Assembly (NCBI GenBank): GCA_946185805.1
Contig: CAMHKU010000001.1
Span: forward strand, 1-63,949
Source of the DNA: an uncultured Prevotellaceae bacterium
GTDB lineage: Bacteria; Bacteroidota; Bacteroidia; Bacteroidales; Bacteroidaceae
Direction of reading: 5' to 3'
Length of the DNA stretch: 63,949 nucleotides
Part shown: piece by piece, positions 38,900 through 47,470 of the stretch
How positions within the stretch are numbered: the stretch's first letter is position 1
How the letters are laid out: every line of letters starts with the position of its first letter
Made by a program: the position numbers and the translations under genes
Notes under the pieces: model-generated
Seen by the model: the letters and a program-made list of their open reading frames with translations, nothing else
Database searches by the model: none
What the model was told of the DNA's origin: nothing

Positions 38900-41851
38900 T
38901 TATAGAATTATATCGTCATATTTCATCAGGTACGTGTCGTACTGTGTGACAAACGGACGGTAAGCCTGCGGCACGTTGGCCGGCGGCATGAACAGCGCCT
39001 TGGCCTGCTCCGGCCATCGGTCGCCCTCTATGCGGTAAAGCTTGAAGCGCCCGTTGACACGCCCCTCGCTGTTGGTGGCGTAGGGGAACGCCGTGCGGCG
39101 GAACTTCGGTCCCTGTCCGCTGACGGCGGCATTCACCGTGAGTACGATGCCGCGGTCGGTCTGTTCGAAGTTCAGGTTCAGCGAGTCGCCGACGACGAGC
39201 AGGCCGTTGCCTAAGCTGTCGGTGAACAGGGCGGCGTCAACGCCCATGCGGTTGCCTTCGAAGTAGAGGTCGCCCTGGCGCTTGCCCCAGAGACCGTAGC
39301 GGTTAGCCCTAAAGCGGCCGGGGTAGGAGGGGTAGGGGCCTTGGCCGGCCCACTGCACGCGGTCGATGCGCTTGTCGAGCAGGAATGCCAGTCCCAGCTC
39401 GGCGCGGAAGACGTCGGCGCTGTCGGGTGTCAGGGTGAATGTCACCTCCTCGCCGCCGTCTGCCAGCGGTGTGCGCTTAACATCGGCACTCACCTGCCGG
39501 TTGTCGATGGGTAGGAGGTATTTCTCCGGCAAACGTCCCTTCTGGGTGACCTTTTCGGCCAGCGTCGCTTTACGACCGGCGCGCACCAGCGGGCCTTGCT
39601 GTATCATGTCGGTGCCGCTGTCGCTGTTAGTTGGCTTGTTGACAAAGCCGCTGTTCGTCCATAGCAGCCGGGGCTTGTTCAGTACAAAGCTCTGGCGGAG
39701 GAAGGTGTAGCCTTGGGCGTCGGTGATGTCGAGTTGTAGGAGTGCCAGCCCCTGTTGCTGCGGCAGGTTGAGGGTGTAGACCGTGGAGTCGTGGGGCGCG
39801 CAGTCGGGGCTGAAGGCGCCGCGGGCTACGGTGTCGCGGTTGTTGGTGAGTGCCCAGTGGAAGGCGACGTTGTCCTTGAGGTTGAGGAAGTCGTAGCGGT
39901 TCAGGATGGTGAGGCGGGCGGTGGCGGCGGGGACTGCGCTGGTAGCGCAGTTTACGTGACGGACGAAGGCGCGGGCGTAGTTGTGCTGCAGCTCGAAGTA
40001 GTTGGGCAGCGGCGTGCGGTCGGCATAGAGCAGGCCGTCGGTGCCTTTGTTGCCAAACATCTCGAAACCGCCGTCGGGAGCGGTGTACACCTTCTCCTCG
40101 TAGCCATAGCGCTCGCCTTTCTCCTGAGGCTTCTCGCTTATCACTTCTTGCGTCTCTGCGGTGGCAAGCGAGCAAAGCGCTTGCCTCTCGCTACCAAACG
40201 GCATGCCTTGGTCTACCCATTCCCAGACAGAGCCGCCGGCGATGCCTGGTGTGCGCTGGATGATTTCCCACTGGCGGTCGTGGTCTTCAAAGGAGGTGCC
40301 GAGGGTGTGGCAGTATTCGGTGAAGATGACCGGACGGTCCAGCTGCTGGTAGAAGCCCGCAATCTGATCTGTGGTAGGGTAGTGGGGGGCATAGATAGGA
40401 GCCGAGACCTTTTCCAAGGGGCGGGAAGATGGGTTGCTCTGCTGCATGAGCTTGCGGAAGTAGCTGCCCACCTGCGGATAGCAGTAGGGACGCGAGGCGT
40501 CGAGTTCAGTCTTCACGAAGTCGCCCAGGCGTATGCAGATGTTGGTGAGCGGGTTCTCGTTGCCGAGACTCCAGATGAGCACCGAGGGGTGGTTCTTGTC
40601 GCGGCGGATGGTGGCCTGCGCGCGTTGCTGTAGCACGGGGTAGAACTCCTCCTTCTGCAGGTTCTTGTCGCCGAATCCGAAAGGCACCTCGTCGATGACG
40701 TAGAAGCCCAGCGAGTCGGCCAGCTCATAGAACCGCGGCTCGCGGGGGTAGTGGCTGGTACGTATGTAGTTGACGGAGGCCTCCTTCATCAGGCGCATGT
40801 CGCGGAGGGTAAGGTCGTCAGAAACGACCTTCACCGTCTGCGGGTCGGTGCTGTGACAGGTCACGCCGCGCAGCTTGATGGGCCGGCCGTTGAGTTTCAG
40901 CACGGCGCCGTCGATGGTCAGTTCGCGGAAGCCGAACTTATGCTCAAAGCGTTGCAGCGTCTTGCCCTTCTTTGTGAGTGTTGTGCGGAGGGTATATAAA
41001 TAAGGTGTCTCCGCCGTCCATAGGTGTGGGGCGTCGACCATCAGCCTCTGCCATTCAGCCTTCGAAGGTTCACGCTTCAGGCTCTTGGCCTTCGGCGTTC
41101 CATTGGCCGTGCCTACCACCTTTCCTTGGGCGTCCAGAATTTCGTGGGTCACCGTTGCCCCCTCGCCTGCCACCTTTGTCTCAACGTTCACCTCGCCGCT
41201 GTTTTTCGTAGTAATGGTCAGGTCGCTGAGGTGCGTCTCAGGTACGGCCATCAGCGTCACGTCGCGGAAGATGCCGCAGGGTGCCCAGTCGTCGTTATAG
41301 TCGAAGTCGCTGCCAGGAAACTGAGTGATGACGCGCATGGCGAGCTGGTTTGGGTTTCCGGCTTTTAAATGGTCGGTAATGTCAAACAGTGCCGTGTTAT
41401 AGCCCGAGCGCCACGAGCCGGTGGCCTTGCCGTTGACAAACAGGTCGTAGCCGTAGAGCACACCGTCGAGGCGCAGCACGATACGCTTGCCCTTCCATTC
41501 TCGGGGCAGGTTGAACGACGTGCGGTAATAGCCCGTCAGCGGCAGCGCCTTGTCGTAGCTCGGCTGGCTGAAACCGTACTGCTCCCAGCAGCCGGGTACG
41601 GGAATCTTGCCCCACGTTTCATCCAGCGCCGGCACCGTCGTGTCGTCGCTGATGCCTTTCACCACCTTCAGGCTCCACTCGCCGTTGAGGCTTCGCATCA
41701 TTGCCGGGTCGGTGACGGGCAGTATGCCCTGAAAAGCATCGCGCACCTGGGCATCAGAGGTGAGGGGTGAGGCATCGCGCACCTGGGCATTAGAGGTGAG
41801 GGATGAGAGGTAAGAGGTGAGAGCAATGACTGCTATTATAAAATGCTTCAT
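38900..41851 (-). CDS. GH2 glycoside hydrolase (beta-galactosidase-like)
   Basis: GIFRDV, FGFREL, IRTSHYP, RDKNHPSVLIWSLGNE, FTEYCH, GGSVWEWVDQG. Confidence 0.9.
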   Translation of the reverse strand: MKHFIIAVIALTSYLSSLTSNAQVRDASPLTSDAQVRDAFQGILPVTDPAMMRSLNGEWSLKVVKGISDDTTVPALDETWGKIPVPGCWEQYGFSQPSYDKALPLTGYYRTSFNLPREWKGKRIVLRLDGVLYGYDLFVNGKATGSWRSGYNTALFDITDHLKAGNPNQLAMRVITQFPGSDFDYNDDWAPCGIFRDVTLMAVPETHLSDLTITTKNSGEVNVETKVAGEGATVTHEILDAQGKVVGTANGTPKAKSLKREPSKAEWQRLMVDAPHLWTAETPYLYTLRTTLTKKGKTLQRFEHKFGFRELTIDGAVLKLNGRPIKLRGVTCHSTDPQTVKVVSDDLTLRDMRLMKEASVNYIRTSHYPREPRFYELADSLGFYVIDEVPFGFGDKNLQKEEFYPVLQQRAQATIRRDKNHPSVLIWSLGNENPLTNICIRLGDFVKTELDASRPYCYPQVGSYFRKLMQQSNPSSRPLEKVSAPIYAPHYPTTDQIAGFYQQLDRPVIFTEYCHTLGTSFEDHDRQWEIIQRTPGIAGGSVWEWVDQGMPFGSERQALCSLATAETQEVISEKPQEKGERYGYEEKVYTAPDGGFEMFGNKGTDGLLYADRTPLPNYFELQHNYARAFVRHVNCATSAVPAATARLTILNRYDFLNLKDNVAFHWALTNNRDTVARGAFSPDCAPHDSTVYTLNLPQQQGLALLQLDITDAQGYTFLRQSFVLNKPRLLWTNSGFVNKPTNSDSGTDMIQQGPLVRAGRKATLAEKVTQKGRLPEKYLLPIDNRQVSADVKRTPLADGGEEVTFTLTPDSADVFRAELGLAFLLDKRIDRVQWAGQGPYPSYPGRFRANRYGLWGKRQGDLYFEGNRMGVDAALFTDSLGNGLLVVGDSLNLNFEQTDRGIVLTVNAAVSGQGPKFRRTAFPYATNSEGRVNGRFKLYRIEGDRWPEQAKALFMPPANVPQAYRPFVTQYDTYLMKYDDIIL

Positions 41852-44028
41852 AGCTTCTTATACTTTAGGTCAATCTTCGTGTACTTTCTCTCTCGCGGAT
41901 TGTTCCAGTGCTCAAAGAGTCCCTGCGGCGCAGTCAGCGCCCGGCCTTGCTGCTTGTACACCGTGCCGCTCGGGGTGTTGGGAATGCTGGCCGCCTCGCG
42001 TAGGTATTCGTCGCAGTAGTTCAGACTCTGAAACTCTGGCCATTCGCCAATGATGATGTCCATGGCCACGGCGTCGCAGGCCACCTCGTCCTGACTGACG
42101 ATGAGCGAGCATGCCCAGTCGCCGTTGAAGGGTTCCTTCATCCATTTGGGGTTGGGAGCGCCGTTGACGTCGCGCGAGCCGTAGGTGCCGTCGATGAGCA
42201 GCAGCAGGGCCTTGCCACCCATGTCTTTATGTGTGAGCCAGTCTACGAAGGTTTTGTATTGCGGCTTGCCGCCGCGCTTGTCCTGGCTGATGTTGTTGTG
42301 GGCGTTCTGCCGCCAGAGCAGGTTGATGTCCGTGGCGCCATACCAGTTCTTCGTGGTCAGCGTCACGCCCGGGCCGTTGTGGGTCTTCAGCAGCGCCGAG
42401 TTGATCAGGTAGTCGGCATCGACGATACACTTGGCCAGTCCGCGGGCCATCTTGCCGTTGTCTACCGAGTAGACAATCTGTTCGGGGTAGTACTCGCACT
42501 TCTCACGGCCGTCGCCGCCGATGTTGTCGATGAAGCGCACCTTGGGGAACTCCCTGTATACCTTATTATATATACTGTCGGTGATGGCTCGCGACGGTTC
42601 GCAGAGCACGATGTCCTGCTGGCGCACGCCGCCGTCGCTTACCAGCGAGCGCACCAGTGCCAGTGTGACGAAGGGCGAGGAGTTGAGCTCTATGGTGTCG
42701 TGGTGAGTAATGGCATTGTTCATGTTCAGTTTGATGGCGATGCTTTCGCCCTTCTTATAGCCTCGGTTGCCGCGGCCGTGGGTTTTGTTGAAGTGCCTGA
42801 AGAGTGCCTGCCATGCCTTCTTCGCCGTGGCCTCGCCTGTCAGCTGCATCACCGCCTCGGCTATCATCAGGTCGGCCTTCTGCTGGTCGTTCCAGCGGTC
42901 CTCTACCCACAGGCCGGTGTGGCCGTCCCATTTGGCCACCCCCGGCGCATGCACCCACGCCACGCGACCGGGATGGATGCCGCGGCCCACGCCCATCGGC
43001 TGGTTAGGACCTACGAAGAGCTTCGGCTTCGGCTGAGGCCCAAACTCGCCGAAGAACAGACGGTCGCGGTTGATGGGTTCCGACAGCAGCTGGATAGTAG
43101 TCGACGGCCCTAAGTCGGGGTCTTTCCATGAGCACAGCTGCCACACAACGTTGCCGTTCTTGTCCACCTCGATGGCCTGCACGGGGGCGTGGGCAGTGTC
43201 CATAAGTGTCTTGTTCCACTCGTTATACCAGTTGTTCACGATGTGTCCGCCGTCCTTCAGGCGCACGGTCTTCTGCGGCTGTGTAATGCCGTATTTCGTT
43301 ACGTCCATCTGCCACACCGTCTGCCCTTGGCGGTTAATCTCCTGTATCAGGCCCTTGCGACCGGTAATGAGCAGATGGCCCGTCTTGGCAATCTCCTGCA
43401 CCGACCAGGGCAGCATGCCCTGTTTCTGTGCAGAGCCCGCCCCGCTGTTGCCGCTCCATCGGTCCACCTCCTTGCCGTCGCTGGTAAACTCGTGGATACA
43501 GCCCATGGCCATGTTGGCAATGAGCAGCGTGCCGCGGCTGCTGAGGCGCGCGTTGCGGAACTGTCCGTGCACGGAGCCTTTCTCGTTGTAAGGCACCTGG
43601 AACTCACGCACGATGCGGCACTGGGGAATCTCCATCACCACGCACTTTGCCGGCTTGCCGTTCTGCACAAACACCACGTGAGAGCGGCCTATGGGCTGAG
43701 CCGTGTGAATCTCCGTGCCCTCCGGCGCTGCATACTGCCAGAGCGTCTGGCCGTCCTTGTCCACCTCGGCCACGCCATACTGGTGAGCCACCAGAATGTG
43801 GCCGTCGCTCATGAGCACGGCGTCGCTGATTTCGCCGCGTTTCAGCTGGTCTTGGTAGCTCCAGGCCACCTGTCCGTCCTTGACGATGAACATGCGGCGC
43901 TGCTTGCTCTGGCCGGCATAGAAGAAGTTGTGGCGACTGAGGCTCTCGTCGGGAGCCGTCGCCGGTTGCGCCGTGGCGCTGGCCACACTGAAGATGGTGG
44001 CCGTCATGAGTGCGAAAAATCTTTTCAT
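41848..44028 (-). CDS. Exported fusion: beta-propeller-like N-domain plus DUF362 domain
   Basis: Signal peptide; repeated EVDKxGxxVW blades; IAIKLNMN, DADYLINSALLKTH.GPGVTLTTKNWYG. Confidence 0.68.
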   Translation of the reverse strand: MKRFFALMTATIFSVASATAQPATAPDESLSRHNFFYAGQSKQRRMFIVKDGQVAWSYQDQLKRGEISDAVLMSDGHILVAHQYGVAEVDKDGQTLWQYAAPEGTEIHTAQPIGRSHVVFVQNGKPAKCVVMEIPQCRIVREFQVPYNEKGSVHGQFRNARLSSRGTLLIANMAMGCIHEFTSDGKEVDRWSGNSGAGSAQKQGMLPWSVQEIAKTGHLLITGRKGLIQEINRQGQTVWQMDVTKYGITQPQKTVRLKDGGHIVNNWYNEWNKTLMDTAHAPVQAIEVDKNGNVVWQLCSWKDPDLGPSTTIQLLSEPINRDRLFFGEFGPQPKPKLFVGPNQPMGVGRGIHPGRVAWVHAPGVAKWDGHTGLWVEDRWNDQQKADLMIAEAVMQLTGEATAKKAWQALFRHFNKTHGRGNRGYKKGESIAIKLNMNNAITHHDTIELNSSPFVTLALVRSLVSDGGVRQQDIVLCEPSRAITDSIYNKVYREFPKVRFIDNIGGDGREKCEYYPEQIVYSVDNGKMARGLAKCIVDADYLINSALLKTHNGPGVTLTTKNWYGATDINLLWRQNAHNNISQDKRGGKPQYKTFVDWLTHKDMGGKALLLLIDGTYGSRDVNGAPNPKWMKEPFNGDWACSLIVSQDEVACDAVAMDIIIGEWPEFQSLNYCDEYLREAASIPNTPSGTVYKQQGRALTAPQGLFEHWNNPRERKYTKIDLKYKKL

Positions 44029-44063
44029 AGTGTTTTGATGCTTTTGTTCTTGTTATGTCATTG

Positions 44064-47000
44064 TTATGGGTTGACGTACTTTTTGCCGCCCAAGATGTAG
44101 ATACCTTTCCTTGCCGTGGTTGTGCGCTGGCCGTTGAGGTTGTAGATGGGTGATGGCTGTTGGGTGATGGGTGATGGCTGTTGGGTGATGGGTGATGGGT
44201 GATGGGTGACGGGTGATGTGATGGCATTGGTACCACCGTCGGCTATGGTGGCCTCGATGTCGTAGATGTGGCATCCGCTGGTGTTCTTCACGTAGATGTC
44301 AATCTTGCCGTCAGCGTCGGCCACGCTTGCCGGCAGCGTCCAGTCGTGCCATGTGTAGGTATCCTTGGCGTCGGGTGTAAAGTTGTCGCCTATGCGCATC
44401 AGGTTGCCGCCCGTGTCCATGACATAGATGCCCACGCCGCGTCCGCTGCCGCTGCGGTGCGACTCCACGCTCATGGTAATGTCGGCACCCACCACCACGT
44501 TGGGAATATAGAAGCAGTATGGCGGGTTGTTGCCGATGCCCAGCCACAGGTATTGCTTGCCGGCATAGGTGCCTATGTCCGTCGAGCCATAGTCGGCGGC
44601 GATGGCCAGAGCGCGCCCTTGGCAGTAAGTGTTGTTAAACATCAGCCCTTGCAGCTCGGCTATCGGCTGTCCGTTGGCCGTCACCTCGCCCGCCTGGTTG
44701 TCCTGTAGCCAGAAGCAGCGGTTGTCTACGGGTGTCGACGAGTTGAGGTATTCCTGGTCGCTCCATCCCGTGTCGTCGCCGGCATTGGCGTCGGCGGTGA
44801 GATTGTCGATGGTCTGTCGGCTCCACTGCGTGAAGTCCCATCGGCGCACGCTGCCCTTAGCCTGCTCGCCTGAGCGGCAGGTCACGCTGATGCTCGCCGG
44901 CAAGCGGTCGCCCTTGGCATTGGTGAGTATGAAGTTCATTTGGTAGCTGCCTGCCTCGTGGAACGCGCCCCTGACGCTCAGCGTGGGACTCCCGTCGCCC
45001 TCGGCTGCCCATGTTATGCCTTGAGGCAAACCCTCCTGGCGGGTGCCGTTAAAAGTGTAGCCAGTGTACTCCACCTTCACGGTGTTGGTGGTGGTGAACG
45101 TCCAGCTGACAGCCTCGTCGGCCTTTACGACCAGCTGCTTGCCGGCGTCGCTCATCTGCGGCGTGTCCTTATCCTCTAAGTAATAGCCTAAGTGCGGCGG
45201 CTGGTTGTAGGCCGTGTTCTGCCAGCAGACGCCCATGCGGTAGGTGTGGTCGTGCATCAGTGTCGGCACGCGATAGGCAGAGGGAATGTTGGTCGTGTAG
45301 ACGGCGAGACAGGTCTCGGCGTCGCTGGCTCTGTAAAGTATCACCTCTTCGCGCCAGTCGCCCAGGATGTCGGCCGAGAGACAGGGCGTGTTCTTAGTGC
45401 CGTTGCAGGTGCTGCTGGGGCCGTAGTCGGCAAACGTGATGAGCCTTGTGACGGCTGTTTTGCTCCACTTGTCAATCTTGTTGCCGTCGAGCAGTTCCTC
45501 CTGCAGGTCGCCGTCCCAGAAGATGCGGAAGTTGTTCGAACCGATCGTGTTTGATATAGCTTCACCGTTGATGGCGCTGCGTGCCACCTTGTCAGAACTC
45601 CAGAACAGCGAGCCCCGCACGTCGGCGCCGAACTTGCCGGCAATGCCGCGGCCGTTGTCAACGCCCTCCGGGCCGCCCTTGAGCAGTATCTCGCCCGTGG
45701 CGGCGTCGTGCAGGTCCCAGGCGTAGGTGCCTTTCTCCTCGTGCACCTGAAACATCTCCAGTCCCGGTCTGTCGGGGTTGTGGTCGGCCAGGTGGAGGGC
45801 GTCGCCGTGGCCGAAGCCCGTGCCGTAGAGCAGGCGCCCGTCATCGTCGAGAGCCGCTGCGCCCCAGATGACCTCGTCGCGGCCGTCGCCGTCAACATCG
45901 GCTACCGACATGTTGTGGTTGCCATTGCCATACATCGTGCCGCTGCCGCCGCCGCTGGTGGGCTTGCAGCCGGTAAAGGTCTTGGTGGAGCCTTTGCCGT
46001 CGGCGTCGTAGGTGGTCAGTTTATAGCTCGTCCTCGTGGCGTGGGCGCTCAGCCACCGCTGCTTCAGCTGCTTGCCGTCGAAGTCTACGGCCCAGATATA
46101 GGCATAGGTGTAGTAGCCGCGGCTGAAGATGCCGCTGGCGGGCTTGTCGGCGCCGTCGAGGTGAGCCACGGCTGCCAGATAGCGCTCGCCGCGGTTGCCA
46201 TAGCTGGCATAGTCGCTCCTGCCGCTGCGGTCGTCCCAGTTGAAGGTGCCGGTGGGTGCGCCGCCGTAGCCTGTGTCGCGGTTGGGATTATAGAATATGG
46301 TATGCAGGGCCTCGCCGGTCATTCCGTTGAACACGGTGAGCCACTCCTGTCCGCCAATGATTTTGCCGTCGCCGTTGCGGTGGTCGGCGGTGTTAGAGGC
46401 GTTCTTGATGGCGGTCTCCGTGGCCGCCTGGTTGACGTAGTTGCCCTGGCCGTCCTTCGACCCGGGGGCGGTCTTCACCATCAGTTCGGCGCGGCCGTCG
46501 CCGTCGAAGTCGTAGACCATAAACTGCGTATAGTGTGCTCCGGCGCGTATGTTCTTGCCTAGGTCTACACGCCAGAGTAATTTACAATTTGACGATTTGC
46601 CATTTACAGTTTCTTGTGTGCCGTCGGCGTGTATCTTGTAGCAGTCGATGAATACGTTGTCGGTCTTTCCCCCCTGCGAGTTGTCCTTGGCGTTCGACGG
46701 GTTCCACTTGACGAATATCTCATACTTGCCGTCGCCGTCTACATCGCCCACCGAGCAGTCGTTAGGGTCGTAGGTGCCACCGTTCTCGCCGCGTGCCGGA
46801 CGGCTGAGCACCAGCTTCAGGTATCGCTGTGTCCACGGCCTGACGGCAGCCGTGGTGTCCTGCGCCACGCCGCCTGTGTGGGTCACCACCTGGAATGTGT
46901 CGCTGCTCTTCGCCCCGGCGTCGGTATAGTTGGTGGCATAGAGGTCGGTAGCCACGCGCTGGCCGTTGCGTAAGAGTTCGAAGCTGGTGCCTGGGGCGTC

Positions 47001-47180
47001 GTTGGCTAAGTATCGCCACGACACAAACATGCCGCCACCCGAGGCGGCGGGCAGCGCTATGAGTCCGCGGTCGAGTTTCTCAAGCTGCGTCGGTGGCGTA
47101 GACTGCGCCCATGTTGCTGTCGTTGCTCCGGCGAGGGCGGCCGCCAGGAGCAGGTGGCGTAAGGTTTGTCTGTTATGCAT
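44064..47180 (-). CDS. PL11 rhamnogalacturonan lyase (YesW-like), T9SS-type tail
   Basis: LEKLDRGL, NDCSVGDVDGDG, NIRAGAHYTQFMVYDFDGDG, GHGDALH, ADILGDWREE, YNQPPH; IYNLNGQR..KGIYI tail. Confidence 0.92.
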   Translation of the reverse strand: MHNRQTLRHLLLAAALAGATTATWAQSTPPTQLEKLDRGLIALPAASGGGMFVSWRYLANDAPGTSFELLRNGQRVATDLYATNYTDAGAKSSDTFQVVTHTGGVAQDTTAAVRPWTQRYLKLVLSRPARGENGGTYDPNDCSVGDVDGDGKYEIFVKWNPSNAKDNSQGGKTDNVFIDCYKIHADGTQETVNGKSSNCKLLWRVDLGKNIRAGAHYTQFMVYDFDGDGRAELMVKTAPGSKDGQGNYVNQAATETAIKNASNTADHRNGDGKIIGGQEWLTVFNGMTGEALHTIFYNPNRDTGYGGAPTGTFNWDDRSGRSDYASYGNRGERYLAAVAHLDGADKPASGIFSRGYYTYAYIWAVDFDGKQLKQRWLSAHATRTSYKLTTYDADGKGSTKTFTGCKPTSGGGSGTMYGNGNHNMSVADVDGDGRDEVIWGAAALDDDGRLLYGTGFGHGDALHLADHNPDRPGLEMFQVHEEKGTYAWDLHDAATGEILLKGGPEGVDNGRGIAGKFGADVRGSLFWSSDKVARSAINGEAISNTIGSNNFRIFWDGDLQEELLDGNKIDKWSKTAVTRLITFADYGPSSTCNGTKNTPCLSADILGDWREEVILYRASDAETCLAVYTTNIPSAYRVPTLMHDHTYRMGVCWQNTAYNQPPHLGYYLEDKDTPQMSDAGKQLVVKADEAVSWTFTTTNTVKVEYTGYTFNGTRQEGLPQGITWAAEGDGSPTLSVRGAFHEAGSYQMNFILTNAKGDRLPASISVTCRSGEQAKGSVRRWDFTQWSRQTIDNLTADANAGDDTGWSDQEYLNSSTPVDNRCFWLQDNQAGEVTANGQPIAELQGLMFNNTYCQGRALAIAADYGSTDIGTYAGKQYLWLGIGNNPPYCFYIPNVVVGADITMSVESHRSGSGRGVGIYVMDTGGNLMRIGDNFTPDAKDTYTWHDWTLPASVADADGKIDIYVKNTSGCHIYDIEATIADGGTNAITSPVTHHPSPITQQPSPITQQPSPIYNLNGQRTTTARKGIYILGGKKYVNP

Positions 47181-47284
47181 ATCTTGATATATTTTGTAAG
47201 ATTTGTTTGTAATGGTGTTTGTAGTGTGGGCCTGTGGCCTATAATATAATGTTTTTCGGTGTCGTCTTATTGTCATTAGGTAAA

Positions 47285-47316
47285 GGAAAGGCCTCGTCTC
47301 CCGACGCTGCCTTTCC
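47285..47316 (-). terminator. Intrinsic terminator downstream of susD
   Basis: Minus strand GGAAAGGCAGCGTC-GGGA-GACGAGGCCTTTCC followed by TTT. Confidence 0.6.
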
Positions 47317-47400
47317 GTGTTTAGAACTATAGACCTAACTATTAAACTAAATAACTATAACAAACTACTAAAAATCTTTCTTTTTTTTCATGTTTCATCG

Positions 47401-47470
47401 GGTGATGAGTGTTAGGTGTTAGGTGATAGGTGTTAGGTGATAGGTAATGGGTGTTAGGTGATGGGTGTTA
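47401..47470. repeat. GGTGWTR heptamer x10
   Basis: Ten in-register units; last unit contains the susD stop (47468-47470). Confidence 0.95.
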
